From NCBI RefSeq assembly GCF_036321535.1, contig NC_087437.1, positions 73,906,001 through 73,970,000 of the forward strand: DNA of 64,000 bases, given 5' to 3'. The DNA is from Camelus dromedarius. Taxonomy: Eukaryota. The position numbers were made by a program, and so were the translations under genes. Below the pieces are notes generated by a model. The model had not been told where the DNA came from, did not search any database, and saw only the letters and a list, made by a program, of their open reading frames with translations. Shown here piece by piece: positions 25,152 through 38,024 of the stretch (positions within the stretch are counted from its first letter, which is position 1; each line of letters starts with the position of its first letter).

Positions 25152-26479
25152 CTGAAAAAATGCACAACCATAACTTATTCCAAGGGAGAGAGCCATTCAA
25201 GTATGAGCCTGAGCCTGCTCTTCCACTTTCAGCAGGGACAGGTGAAATCTACACTGAGGATCCTACTGGCCACCGGGTACCATGCAAAATAGGCTCTCAA
25301 TTACAAATCCATAGACATTTAAAAATACTAACTGGAGTTTCCAAGAAAATTTGAGGAATTAAAAATAAACCTATTGGTAGGTGCAAAGGCCAAATGTGTC
25401 CTTCTTTCCTTAAGAAAGGTTAAATTGCTGCACAACTATTTGACTTAAACAACGTAAAAATAATTTGGGACTGAACAAGTGGATGCCAGCAGCTTAATTT
25501 TAGTCAAGTCACATCCCCTTGAAACATTAGGGTTGAACTGGAAATGTTGACAGACTATTTACCAGTTAGGCCCTGGTGAGTGCAGGGAAAACAAACATAA
25601 TCCATTTTGTTACCATGATGAAGTTATCATAATTAAGCAATTGGTAAAGAAATAAATCTATCAGGAGATTGCATTTCCTGCCCTTTAATGAAATCTGATG
25701 GTCAAATAAATGGGTATTGTGGGGTTCTGTCATTATGTACATTAAAAAAACTGAGCCAGAAAAGTCGCTGCTATAATTCTCACCAGATTTTCTTTAACAA
25801 GAAGATTTTTTTTTTTATCCATTCCTGGCAACTCTCTCAACTTGCTGCTTTATGCAGTCCTTGCTCAGAAATATTTTCCCATTTAAATTAAATCTAGGGG
25901 GCAAGCTGATGTGCTGTTGCCCAACTGCAAGCCAATTATATTTTAACTCTTCGTTGCCTTTTCAAAAATACGGCAAATCCATCATGGCGCCTATGCTAAA
26001 GGAGATAAGATACCCCAGGAAAGGAGTGAGCATCCCTGAGCCAATTTATTCGGATTCTGAATTTCCAAATGGATGGATTACATTCTCAGATCTGCTGCAG
26101 TTAAAGAGACTGCAGCAGCCAAAAGCATATTCCTTCTTTTACTGCATGCAGCACAGTCCAACCAAAAAAGATTCAGAGGAACACGAGGAGTGTGCTATTC
26201 CCTAGTCATCAATACTGTGCTGAATTCAAAGTATAGCCAAGATAAAGGACTGCTGTATACAATGTGAGACTGATAGGATATTAGAACTCTGTGTTTTGTA
26301 GTCATCTGCTTTTAATGTATTTACTTTCTATCGTTAAAAGAGTAAGGGTTAAAAACATTCTATTTCTTATAAAAGTATCCCATATTCCTAGGAACAAAGA
26401 ATGTGACCATTTAAGAGAGATAATATTAAGATTTAATTTTGTCAGTAAGATTATATACATTTATATATAAGATTATATA

Positions 26480-26855
26480 AAATGAAACCACATTTATATT
26501 ATGCCCAACTTTTTTTTCACTCAATAATGCATGGTAAAATTCTTTCTATGTTGTCCATGTTGTTTGGTTCTCCACAAGAGAACAACTAATCCAATATTCT
26601 AAATAATGTAACTACTCTAATAGGCAAATCTACATTTTAATACTGTTTCTTCAATAACCTATATTAATACATCACTTGTTAAATTTGTAGGGTTTTTCCT
26701 TTCATTTTCTTAATATTGCAATGATTATAAACGTAGCAAAATCTTTGTGCATATCCATAGTTATTTTCTTGGGCTATTCCTAGCAGTACAGCTGTTGTGT
26801 TGACGAGTACATATTTAAGGCTTTTGATATGAAATAGCAAACTGTTTCCTGGAGG
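26480..26855 (-). mobile_element. Old L1ME-like fragment
   Basis: 'aatctttgtgcatatcc...ttttcttgggctattcctagcagt...ttttgatatgaaatagcaaactg'. Confidence 0.55.
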
Positions 26856-26899
26856 TGACTAATTCCTGTGTTCACAACTTAGTTTGAATAATATGCTGA

Positions 26900-27330
26900 G
26901 ATGATTAGTTATCCTATAGAATCCATTCACCTCAATGTTTTCTTTAGTAATAAGACCTTCCCCATTGAGTTATAGCTTAGTCTTGGCTACCCTGGTGGGA
27001 GCTGTATTTTCATCCTTCCATAGAGTTAGATTGATAATATGATTTAATTCTGGCAAATATTTCATGTACACCAAGTGATGTGTGTAACTTCTGGGCCATG
27101 TCCCTAAAACTCCCTCTTTACATCTTCCTCAGGCTCAGTTTAGCCCTGGGAGCTGTCATGGACCAAGCAGAACTGGGAATGATGGAAAAACAAGAGGGAA
27201 GTATCCCACGTCTCAGAGCCAGAGCATGAAACTGGACTGACCTGCATCTCAGACCTTTAAGTGAGTGAGAGTCTACTTTAGTGTAAATCACTGTTAAATC
27301 AGCCTAACTAGTTACCCTAAATAGTATAAC
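26900..27330 (+). mobile_element. Old MLT1-type LTR
   Basis: 'aagtgatgtgtgtaacttctggg...ctggactgacctgcatctcagaccttt...gcctaact'. Confidence 0.55.
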
Positions 27331-28250
27331 TACTCCAGTGGACAAACCTAAATTTCTTGGAAGTTTGAAAACAGGATGGAAATGAGAAGAGGAAAGTACT
27401 GATCTATCTCTGAAAACTGCTGATTTTCCACTTATTCCTGCCATCAGCTTTCTAGTGGTCCTCCCACAGAATGTGCTTTATGCCTTTCGTTACAAGTGGC
27501 ACCGTGGTCGCTGAAGCCCAACATTTCAAAAGTCAGGCTTTAGAGATAATCTGCCCTGTACCTGAGGTTGGAGGAGATTGCTATTCCACCTCTCCTAGTA
27601 TCTCCATTATGGAATCTTTGTTTGATTAAATTTTGGGATGAAAGGTTGAGTTATTCTGGCTACATGTTATTTAGATTGTTCCATATTCCATTTCTGGCTT
27701 CAGTGGAGTGGAGGAGTACCAAAAAAAGAGTACTGACAGGAAGTTTTGATATTGTAACTGATTCTATAAAATACAAACAACCTAATGGGCTACTGCTAAA
27801 ATATGGCTAATTTTAAAATTTAATACAGTGAAAATAATACAGGTAATGTACAATAGTAGACCAGTTTTAGAAGAGGTTGACAAAGGAGAAATAGCAATTT
27901 TAAAACTTGGTGAAAAAAGGGCCCAACACTAGGATTTTTACAAATGAAGTTAGTCCATGAATGACGCTGGTTTATGAATAGGTCCACACACAACAGCATT
28001 TGCTCTCTGTGGGAAGATAAATATCAGGTAACTTGGAGCTACACAGGAACCACTGTTTTTAAAGAAAAGTCACTATAATCTTAAGGAAAACAGGTAGCCT
28101 AAAATCAGGGCTATATTTGGAAGCATTTTAAATTAATCTATTTGAAATAGTAACAAAGTGAAGGAGAGGGAATGATCAGTTGAAAATTTTGCAAAATCAC
28201 CAGTAGACTCCTTTTTTAAAGAAAGAAGAAATTTCAGTATTTATATATCC

Positions 28251-28990
28251 ATGTGATAGATGGGTTGCAAAGATGGCCACAACAATTTCTCTCATCTCTA
28301 TTCTATGCTTCTTTTTTTTTAATTGAGTTATAGTCAATTTACAATGTTGTGTCAATTTCCAGTGTAGAGCACAACTTTTCAGTTATGTGTGAACATACTT
28401 ATATTCAGTGTTGCATACTTTTCCACTGTGAGCTAACACAAGATCTTACATATATTTTCCTGTGCTATACAGTATACTCTTGTTTATCTGTTCTACATAT
28501 GCCTGTCAGTTTCTACAAATTTCAAACTCCCAGTCTGTGCCTATGCTTCTTTTCAATATGACTTTGCCATTCCTCCCACGAAGAGGTGGAATCTATTTCC
28601 CTTCCTTTTAATATGACCTGGCCTTGTGACTTGCTTTGACTAACAGATTGGTAGGGTAACCTAAGAGGATGTCCAGCTTCTGTTCTTGTCCTCTTAGAAA
28701 TCAGATACTGCATAAGAAAGCCTGAGGCTGCCTGCTGGAGACACCACATGGGAGGAACTGACATGCCCTGGCCGACAGCCCCAGCCAGTTGCCAGCAATG
28801 CCTGTGAAGCCATCCAGGCCCAACCAGCTGACCTGCCAACTGACCACAACAGCATGAATGAGTCCAGCAGACACCATGAGGAGCAGAGATGAACTGGGCC
28901 AGCTGAGCCCTGCCTGTGTTGCCAGTCCACAGTATCATGAGCAAATAACTGGTGGTTGTTTTAGGCCGCTAAGTTTGGGAGTGGTAAAAC
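28251..28990 (+). mobile_element. MLT1 (F/G/H-like) LTR split by a young L1
   Basis: 'aagaggtggaatctatttcccttcc...gactaacag...ggttgttttaggccgctaagtttggg'. Confidence 0.85.
28316..28540 (-). mobile_element. Young L1 3' end with 13-bp TSD
   Basis: Same family as 11261; TSD ctatgcttctttt at 28303-28315 and 28541-28553. Confidence 0.9.
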
Positions 28991-29088
28991 CCTCAGAAGT
29001 AATTATTACAGCTGATAAAGTTTTAAAATTAATCTATGATTCTTCTTATGCCTCTTACCAAACAAATCAATTAAGAGTATTAATTTAC

Positions 29089-29654
29089 TTGAATAGAAGT
29101 GTTTCACTGTTGCTTAGAAAAAAAAGATCCTGACTTGGTGTACATTGGCACCACCAGTTAAATACACTGTTCCTTGCAGCATAGATGGGGAAGGTTTGAC
29201 TTGAGTTTATGATAGGTCTTTGCATGAGTGACACTATATAAAAGGTAGAATTATTGGTCACAAAAACCTCTTAATAAATGGGAGCATATGTACACCAATG
29301 ATAAAAAAATTTATTCTGTGGATGAATGAAGTCTGATGCACATAAAAAAAAAATGTTGCTGAGTTTATCTGAAGATAACCAAAGCTGGCTTTGATCCACT
29401 GACTGATTAAACCTTTTGTTCAACATAGCATAGTGATCCTTTTGGACCTGAAATTGCTTTAGTATGGCTTTTAGACGCACCGATATTTTTACAGGATGAT
29501 TCATGACTTATGAAGAGATTCATTTGTGATATCAAAGCTTAAATTAGAGTCAGTTTGGCAGCTTTCCAGTTCAAAACTTGCTGTACACAACGACGAAGTC
29601 CTTAAAGCCGGAAAATCATTAAACAAAAGTAGCATCTTGTGGTCCACGCTGCAT
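29089..29654 (-). pseudogene. Pseudo-exon, 566 nt, with an inferred 1-bp frameshift
   Basis: cttttccactaatcttacag|A; 50 open codons (CSVDHKMLLLFNDFPALR...NESLHK), then a shift into MNHPVKISVRLKAILKQF...YHWCTYAPIY*EVFVTNN...SETLLF; donor AA|gtaaat. Confidence 0.6.
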
Positions 29655-30151
29655 CTGTAAGATTAGTGGAAAAGTGTCTCCCTATAGAAGAGTCATAAAA
29701 TAGTCTATCAGGCAATCCTATTTACAGAAAGAAAAGTGACTCAAATCAAGGTTCTTTAGTGTTGCAGCTCCTTAAAATGACACAGTAGGATTTACCTGCA
29801 TATTTTCCCATGCTCACCTCTCCAAAAGCTCCAAACGGTGACAAGTGTGATGATCTTGTATGGGTGAAAAGAACAAAGGTTCAGAAACAATTTTTTTGAA
29901 AAACTATTATTTCATTTGTATGTACACATGATAAAAGTAAAAGATGCTCATCACCTTCTGAGCTAAACTTGTTCAAAGACAGTTATCTGTAAAGTGAATA
30001 TCTGGATTCTTGTTTCCCATTAATTCTCAAATCATGCAAGCTAGACTCTATTTAAATCATGCTTTAAATCAGTCATCAAAAAAACCTTTGTGATCTAAAT
30101 GGCTAAGCAGAACATCTTTATTTTATACTAATTTTCTGTTTGTTCTTTTTT

Positions 30152-30325
30152 TTTGCTATTGAGTTATAGTCATTTTACCATGTTGTGTCAAATTCCAGTG
30201 TAGAGCACAATTTTTCAGTTATACATGAACATACATATATTCATTGCCACTTTTTTTTTTGCTGTGAGCTACCATAAGATCTTGTATATATTTCTCTGTG
30301 CTATACAGTAGAATCTTGTTTATCT
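30152..30325 (-). mobile_element. Young L1 3' end with 15-bp TSD
   Basis: Same family; TSD tgtttgttctttttt at 30137-30151 and 30326-30340. Confidence 0.9.
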
Positions 30326-30354
30326 TGTTTGTTCTTTTTTGACATGCTTTCTTC

Positions 30355-30680
30355 TAACTTTTCATTTTGACTTAATTTTAGACTTTTTAGAATAATTGCA
30401 AAAATAGTACAAATATTTCTTGTGTAACCTTCCCCAGATTTCCTATATCATTAAAATTTTACCTACATTTTTATCCACCTATATTTAAATAAAAAATAGA
30501 TAGATAGATAGATAAAACGTTTTACTGAGCTAGTTCAAAGTAAGTTGCAGGTACAGTATGATCCTTTTCCTCATAAATACTTCAATGTTAATTTTCTAAA
30601 ATCAGGACAGTTCTTTTCATAATTACAATAGTTATTTAAATTAGGAAATTGCTCTCTTTTGGTCTATTCCAAATTCATTC
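30355..30680 (-). mobile_element. L1MC4/5-like 3' end
   Basis: 'ttgcaaaatagtacaaa...gtaagttgcag...aaatacttcaatgt'. Confidence 0.65.
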
Positions 30681-30979
30681 TTTTCAAATAGTATATCTCT
30701 TCCTCTAGGAGTACTTGTCTGTTTCCCATTTTAAATTCAGAATTCGTACACACCTCAGAGTTCATCAAGGTGTGAACTACTCCATTTGAAGCAATTTATT
30801 TTAGCATTTTAAAGATTAATTTACAGCTTCATCAGAAAATTAAATAATAACTTGAAGGATAAATTAATTACTTTATTTAGAAAACTCATTAATTATAATA
30901 GCACAAATATTTGGAAGGCTAGCTATGTTTGAGGCACCTCATAAGTATTTTATGTATCTTTATTATTTAATCAGAATAG

Positions 30980-31800
30980 TAATATATAACACGTACTTGC
31001 CGTGTTTTAAGCACTATGTTAAGTACGTTGCAAGGATGATCAAATCTAATAATAAATGGCACATGCTTATGTATCTTTTCTTGTATTTCAGATTCAAGAC
31101 CACGTGCTTTACTTATAGCTCTCATTTAATCCTTGCAACATGATGACGGGGATACTGTTATCATTCCTATTTTACAGATGAGGGAGCTCAGACTACAGAC
31201 AAATTAAGTACTTAATGGGAATTATCAAGTCTTATTTGAAGGAGGGAAAAAAATCTGAAACTTGAATAAGTTGTTACTTACTTGTGTTAGATTCCTTGTA
31301 CTGTGACAAATTAGCACAAACTGGGTGGCTTAAAACGGCAAGTTTATTCTCCCACAGTTCTGAAAGCTGAAAGTCTAAAATCAAGGTGTCTGCAGGCCCA
31401 TACTGAAGATTCTGAGGGAGAATCTAATGTCTTTCTCCTAAGTGTCTGGTGTTGCTGGCGATTCTTGGTATTCCTTGGCTTGTAGACGCATCACTCCAAC
31501 CTCTGCCTTGGTCATTACATGGCATTATTCTCTCTGCATGTCTGTCTCTGTGTCTCTTTTTATAAGAATGCCAGTCATATTGCAGTAGGGACCACCCTAG
31601 TGACTTTATCTTAATTACTTCTGCAGACTCTATTTCCAAATATGGTTACATTAGAGGTGCCAGAAGTTAGGTCTGTTATCTTTTGGGGGGATACGTTTCA
31701 GCCTACATTACTCAAGGACATTCAGCTCATTAATGGAACTGCAAGTACTTGAACACAGGATTAGCTGACTCCAAAGCCCATGTCTTCAACCATCCTGTTT
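30980..31800 (-). mobile_element. MIR pieces interrupted by an MLT1 (B/C-like) LTR at ~31284-31710
   Basis: MIR 'ttttacagatgagggagctcag'; MLT1 'caaactgggtggcttaaaac...aaaatcaaggtgtctgcagg'. Confidence 0.8.
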
Positions 31801-32546
31801 CATGCCGCATTCGAGACTTGAGTCACCTTCAGTTCTACCAGTTAACTAAATTATTAATGACCATGGCAATGATCAATACAGAATAATGTATTTTTTAAAT
31901 AATAAATACATAATTTAGATACTACTTGAAAAACACATTTAACTGCCTTTAATAAAGTGAATATTTGAATTTAACTCTTTTGAACTAAAAATATGATTTA
32001 TTTTTAAAAATTAAATAAAAATTTTATACATTAAAAAGTTCATTTGTTTTTGCTGCTACCAACACAGACATCTCAATCTTTAGGAAAATTTTTAATCAAA
32101 ATTGCTTGTCTCTGTTCATTAAAATACTCTTATGTTCTTGAACAAAATGATGTGGTTTTATTTATACAGGGTTTATACTTTCCTTAGATTTTATTTTATT
32201 AAAAACTCTATATTACCTTCAATTAAATATTTTCTTATCTCTTTTTTAACATTTATATAGTTGTAAAATTTGTTTTTAGTGTATCTTTCAACATAATAAC
32301 TAGCTATTATCAGTCTAGAAAAAATATTCAGTATTTATTTTGTACTTGGGTGTCTGTATTCATTAACAATTTTGAGCATGATTTATGTTATAACAAAATC
32401 TATAACACAAAAGGTATTAAAGCTATTTACTTAATGAATTTCTTTAATTTGGGGTATTACATTTAGTTTTGTAGGCCCCTAAGGAATATCTGTGCTACAG
32501 AGGAGAGCTTTAATGTTAACTAAACAGGTAAATCTACAGCATTTAC

Positions 32547-32767
32547 CTTATTTCAGCATAATTGAATACACTATAGATATCTGTGTATTCATTGCCTTTT
32601 GCCACACAGGAGTAATTCAGCTGGTTTCCACTGTTTTCTTCCGGAGTAAAACATCCTACAAACCAAGGACAGAATAATCCTGGTAAAGTGCAAGTGTGAG
32701 AAGTCATCCCCTTGCTTAACATCGTTCTATGGTTTGGCATTGCTGTAGAAATTCTCTCTGCGAACTG
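32547..32767 (-). pseudogene. Pseudo-exon, 221 nt (tandem acceptor, alternative start 32764)
   Basis: ctttttcctttgttccaag|cag|TTC...ATAAG|gtaaat; one frame fully open (QFAERISTAMPNHR...DIYSVFNYAEI), ending phase 2, compatible with the 29654 exon. Confidence 0.65.
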
Positions 32768-33239
32768 CTTGGAACAAAGGAAAAAGCAACCAAAAAACCA
32801 TGGCAAAATACTATTTAAAAGCAAGGAGCAAGCAAGAAGAAATGTTTCAAGTAACTCGAAAACAGGGTGAAAGTGATTCAAGCATCACGAATTACAGGGA
32901 TTCATTCAAATATGAATTTTAATCGCTCGTTTTAATTTTACTTTATTTCCTTGCCCAGGGCCAATTTCCCTTTTTAAATTTATATTGGTTTAGATAGATT
33001 GAAAGATAGATAAGAAATATAGATACTTTGTTTATTTTATAACCTTGCTTAGTCTTGCTAGACATTCATCAATTTGATTAGTTTTTATAAAGTATTAACT
33101 TTTAATTTTGATTTTTTCTTTTGGTTGGCTTCTCTTTCCTGTTTCTTATGCTTAAACTATCCTCCAGATTTCTCATTTCAGCTTCCATCACACTGTTGGC
33201 AATAATCTCAGCTTTTCTTTTAAGACTTAAGATTTAAGT

Positions 33240-33480
33240 ATCACTGGTATTATTATTAGGTTTTATGGTCACGTACTTTATGCCCATCACTTGTATCTTT
33301 GTGACCTTGGGCAACTTTCTTAAAGTCTCTAAGCCTAGAGCTCCCAGTCTTACAATAGACGCTTCTAGTACCATTTTGTAGAGTGGCTATAGTAATTACA
33401 TAATAATTTAAAGTGCTTAGCACAGTGCTGACACTGATGAAAGCTTCCCATAGGTAATGTTGACGATGATGATGATGAAG
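33240..33480 (+). mobile_element. MIR
   Basis: 'tgtgaccttgggcaac...aaagtgcttagcacagtgctgacac'. Confidence 0.75.
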
Positions 33481-34104
33481 ATGATAATTATGTTCATGAT
33501 GTGATATTGTGCCCATTTAAATCAGGCACAACACTGTGGATCTTTTTCTCATTGTGTTATCAGAATTTGTATTTCAGTGATCCATTCTATGTGATTTCCA
33601 TGAATATCTACTAATAAGAGCTTACAAGTGAAATAAGACTTTATCTACAGATAAATTTATTTAATTTAGTTTGAATGTTCCACATGGCCTATTTTAGGCA
33701 ATTCTTCACATGTACTTCCAAATAAATTTTAATGCCTTATAGTTTATGTACTTAGAGTTTATCTTGGGATTAATGAGGTAATGTCTAAAAAGAACTGTGA
33801 TCTTTGGAGGATCAAAGGTCAGAGCCCAAATTGTGTCAAGACTTATGTTTGTGTTTATAAACTAGAAAGATGCCTTTTCTACCTCACAGGATGTGAGTTG
33901 CCAAGAACTCACTAATGTGTTTTAAGGGCTATTGTTATAAGGGAGGAGTGGGCAAAGACACAGGGACGGATGGAATGAGGGGAAAATGGGACCTAATTAG
34001 AAAGAGTGGAAGCAGAAAATGCCAAAGTAAAGCAGATTTGAAAAAAAAAAAAAAAGAATGAGAGAGGGGCATCTTAGTTAGGAGCTATACACATACACAC
34101 ACAC

Positions 34105-34770
34105 AAATCACTCTCCTTAAAACACTTTCCTTACTTTGCTTTCAGGATAAAACATTTGTGTTGTTGTCTTCCTCTCATCTCTGCCCATGTTATCTTGGTT
34201 CTATTGCTGCACAGCACTGCTCCCATCTCCCTGACCTCTAAATGCAAGAGTGTTTCAGCATTCCGTCATTGACCCTCTTTTCTATCTACATATCCTCCTT
34301 TAATGAACTCATATAGACTCAGGGCTTTAAGTATCATCTATATGCTAATAATTCCCAAATGGATTTCTCCAGCTTGGACCTCTCCTCTGGAGTCTGGACT
34401 TGTATATTAACTGCCTATTTGATATCTCACCTTGAATGTCTAAGATGTATCTCAAACTTAACATGTCCAAAACTGAGCTTTGAATAACTTCACCCTACCC
34501 TGGCCCTAGTCCTTTGAAATCCTCCCTTCATAATCTTTGACAGCTCAGTACATGGCCAATCTTTTTCCCTCTTTTGCTTGGGCTCCAAAACTTCTAGTCA
34601 TCCCTGGTCCCTGTTTTCCATCACATTCTGCATCCAATCCAACAAGAAATGGTGTCAACTCTATCTCCAAGATATATCCAGAATCTGAGCACTGCTCAAC
34701 ACCACCAGTTCCACCTCCCAGAGTTGTTTAATAGCTTCCTAACTGGACTCCCTGCTTCTACCCTTGGCTT
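34105..34770 (+). mobile_element. L2 RT-region fragment
   Basis: 'ggctttaagtatcatctatatgctaataattcccaaat' (degenerate YADD), 'ctcaaacttaacatgtccaaaactgagct'. Confidence 0.85.
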
Positions 34771-35016
34771 TGCTGTCAGCCTTCAAATGGTGTGTTTGGC
34801 AGAATCCAGCTTTGGTTGGGCATTTTTGGCTATCTGTCATTTGGTACCTTATAATGCATCTGTAGCATTATACAGTATCACACCAGGAACTATTATCCGA
34901 AAGATGTTTAATTCCCCTTTGCAAATGGTATAACCTTACTCTAGAACCCCAGGGAACTGCATTGTAATTATCCCATTAAGTTCTACATAAAACTTACATA
35001 GTATCTTTTCTTATCA

Positions 35017-35085
35017 TATCTATCTATCTATATCTATATCTATATCTATATCTATATCTATATCTGCATATGTCTATATCTATAC
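35017..35085. repeat. (TATATC)n microsatellite
   Basis: Directly visible. Confidence 0.9.
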
Positions 35086-36024
35086 ATCTAAGACCATAGG
35101 ATCTGTCAGATTAAATGGCCCAAGCACTAGGGCTTCTTATACCAAAATCCAGAAATCTTGACCTCATACAGAGGCTTTTCCCACTCTGCGTATTACTCAA
35201 ACTTTGTAGCTCTTCATGTCACCCTGTATAATGGCCAGGACAGTTCTCCACTTACGGCCCACCAGGCATTGCACCTCCTTTGTGGCAGGAGGTGTGAGAT
35301 GAATTAATTTTCCTTTATTTTGGAAGGTATTTCCTGGAATGCTACAAACCACTGGATCTCTAAAAGTCTTATTAATCTTAATAACATTATCTTAACTCTT
35401 TATAGCTTATATCCCACCTTCTGAAGTTCATGGGTCTTCCAAGGCCTCCAACACACTTGCTATTTGTTGTTTATCATTCCTGATTAGTATCTCATCAATA
35501 TAGACCAAAGAGATGTTCTGCTGGATTCAGAACATCTTCCAACATCTAACATCTGCAATTCTATATATTTCCTCCTGAATTCTGCCATTACCTATATTCT
35601 AGGTCCTATGGTTCTTTCATGGTATTGCCCCTCTCCTCTCCTAGGAGGCCCAGGGCATCTCTGGACTTGTTACATGGTGATTTGATCTACTTGTTGTCCT
35701 AATGATCAGGAAGGAAAGTTAAGGGTGTTCCTGGGAGTGCAAGAGTTAACTTGCAGGAACAGCCAAGGGTTTTCTAAAAAGGGTGAAACACTGACCCTAA
35801 CCAGGAAGAGTGATTCACCTTTTCAGGCTCAGAGGATTCAGTGAATTTGGGGGAATCAAGATTTTCAAGTACATCGATTCGAGATGCCCTTATCATATGT
35901 TTTATAGTTGCATGGCTATCTTGTACTATAAATTCATCCACCAAGAGTGATAGGGTCCTTTTCCCCAGGAGAGCAGATAATCTAGCTGTAAAATCTAACC
36001 CTAGCTTCCTCCCTCTCAGATCTC

Positions 36025-36375
36025 TCTAGGAAGTGGACTTTGAGATGGAGAATAGCTTGCAGGAATTTTTATTAGTAAGTGCTCTAATGAGGAACACTTC
36101 TGGGGTGAAGGCAAGAAAGAGGATCTGGTAACTTGTGAATGTGGGTTATAGCACAGGCAAAAGATGACTTTAGTTCACTTTGCAGGGAATTCTGAAACTG
36201 GGATGGCATTAGAGTTGTCCTGAGATGAGGCAAAGGGGCTGGGTGTTTTACCCCCAATTTAATTAGTCATAGGATATAGGTTTTTTTGGGTGAGGGGGTA
36301 GCATGATCTTGGACAAGGTGTATCTTTTTTATGAAAGGCAATTTTCAAAGAGACTGATAGCTGGGAACAGTGCAG
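36025..36375. mobile_element. Old ERVL-type LTR (LTR16/LTR33-like)
   Basis: 'gactttgagatggagaatagcttgcaggaatttttattag...agagttgtcctgagatgaggcaaaggggctggg'. Confidence 0.5.
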
Positions 36376-36529
36376 GATAGATCCATAATATCCCCCTTCC
36401 CTCAATCTGGAATCAATACGGTAGAGATTTCTCCTCTACCAAACATCATTCTTGGTTAATCTGGAATTTTTATTAGGTCAAATGAGTCTCTGTCTGGGAA
36501 AGTACCAACCATCTTTAAGACAAATAAAA

Positions 36530-37070
36530 GTCACAGACTCATAGTTGGGAATGGAAATGACTGAGAAATTAGCTAGTAAAATTTTTTAATGGAAACTTGA
36601 ACCTTATTGATAGCAAGTTCAACACATCTCAGGACATGTGCATTGTTGAAATACTGATTTCCAGTTTTAGCAGTTCTGATCATTTTGAAAAAATCCCTTC
36701 TTGTTCAGTGGATTCTGCATCCCTGTCACTTTTACCTTTTCTTCTACTTCTGTCAGAAAGAATCATGTACATAAATCAAATTCTAATGAAAGTGGTTCAG
36801 ACACATAAAGATGACTCTTAAATTGTGCCCCCACATCCCCATCCACCGACTCCAACCACTGTTTATGTGGCCCAGTTTTAATGCCATCATGGTCTGGTTA
36901 CTGTCTTTTGACTTCACTCCAACTTGTCAATTTTATTGAAGTATAACTTTCAGAACTGAATATAGTGCTCCCAGGTATAACTCACACAGAGCATAGAACC
37001 TCCTATTTTTAAAGACATTGTGCTTCTATGAAGACAGTTTCATATTTTATTATCTCTTTTGGCAGCTGCA
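36530..37070 (-). mobile_element. CR1/L3 fragment
   Basis: 'cagaactgaatatagtgctcccagg...gcatagaacctcct...ttttggcagc'. Confidence 0.5.
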
Positions 37071-37793
37071 AGGGACATTTCACACAGTACTTGAAAACTG
37101 CTATATCACTGTTATCATTAAAATACAAAAAGCAATGTTCTATTTAATTAATTGATATGGACTTTCCTATTATTTTTTCCCTTTTCTCACCTTTCAGAAA
37201 ATTATGACAGTGAGATCTCATTCTATACCATTTGTAAAAGAGAAATAGTGCAAACAGAAATGAAAAAGAAAGCTTGAAGAGAAGTAAAGATGAAGAGATG
37301 GGAACATGTCCCCAAGTGATAGGTAAAATAACCGATAAAGAACCTAGCTACTACACTGGGTAAAAACTCTGTATTTTATTTTTTAATGTTCATTTTTCTG
37401 TGGAAGGAACATTATTAAAGATCAGAGGAGAGAAAATGAATAGAAGAAAGGTAACAACCTAAATTTTAGTTATCATCTACAAATAGTTTTGCAGCTAATA
37501 AAGGTACACAATTATGATTGGAAATTTTATATTTTTTTAAAACCTCTGCATTACAAGCTTAGATTTAAGCATCATATTATGAGCAAGTTGCATTTCTTTT
37601 CTTAAAAGAGCCAATGATAATTTCCCATTTTCCCAGCCTTTATTTCTCCAAAGGACTCCATCTTATATCTGCCTGAAGCCCAGAGGTTTCAGGACAACTC
37701 TGTGTAACATCTGGCTGAGGTGCCATAAATGTATAGCAATCCTGAACCTGTTGTTGCTGAAACAAAAGAATGGTTCAATGACTTACAGCTTAC

Positions 37794-38024
37794 CACCTGG
37801 CTTAATAGACGACTTCATTATCTCTCTTTCTCTAACGTATTTTCCACACTATCTCAACAAATATCCCCAATGTCGAAGAGAAACTCAGAGACAGCCAACT
37901 TCGGCGTTGTTAAAAGCTGTGATCCACAAATGAATGGCAAATCTTATAGGTCTGGAAAGCCAGAGCACTTTAACAGATGCCAGCAGAAGCCAATAACGGT
38001 ATCTTTTCTTAGGAATGTTAAAAT
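37794..38024 (-). pseudogene. Pseudo-exon, 231 nt, symmetric
   Basis: ctaatttacactcccacag|AT...GGTG|gtaagc; phase-1 frame FNIPKKRYRYWLLLASVKVLWLSRPIRFAIHLWITAFNNAEVGCL*VSLRHWGYLLR*CGKYVREREIMKSSIKPG. Confidence 0.65.

Noticed and set aside
28522..28944. 140-aa ORF, the longest in the track
   Set aside because: Lies entirely within an MLT1 LTR.
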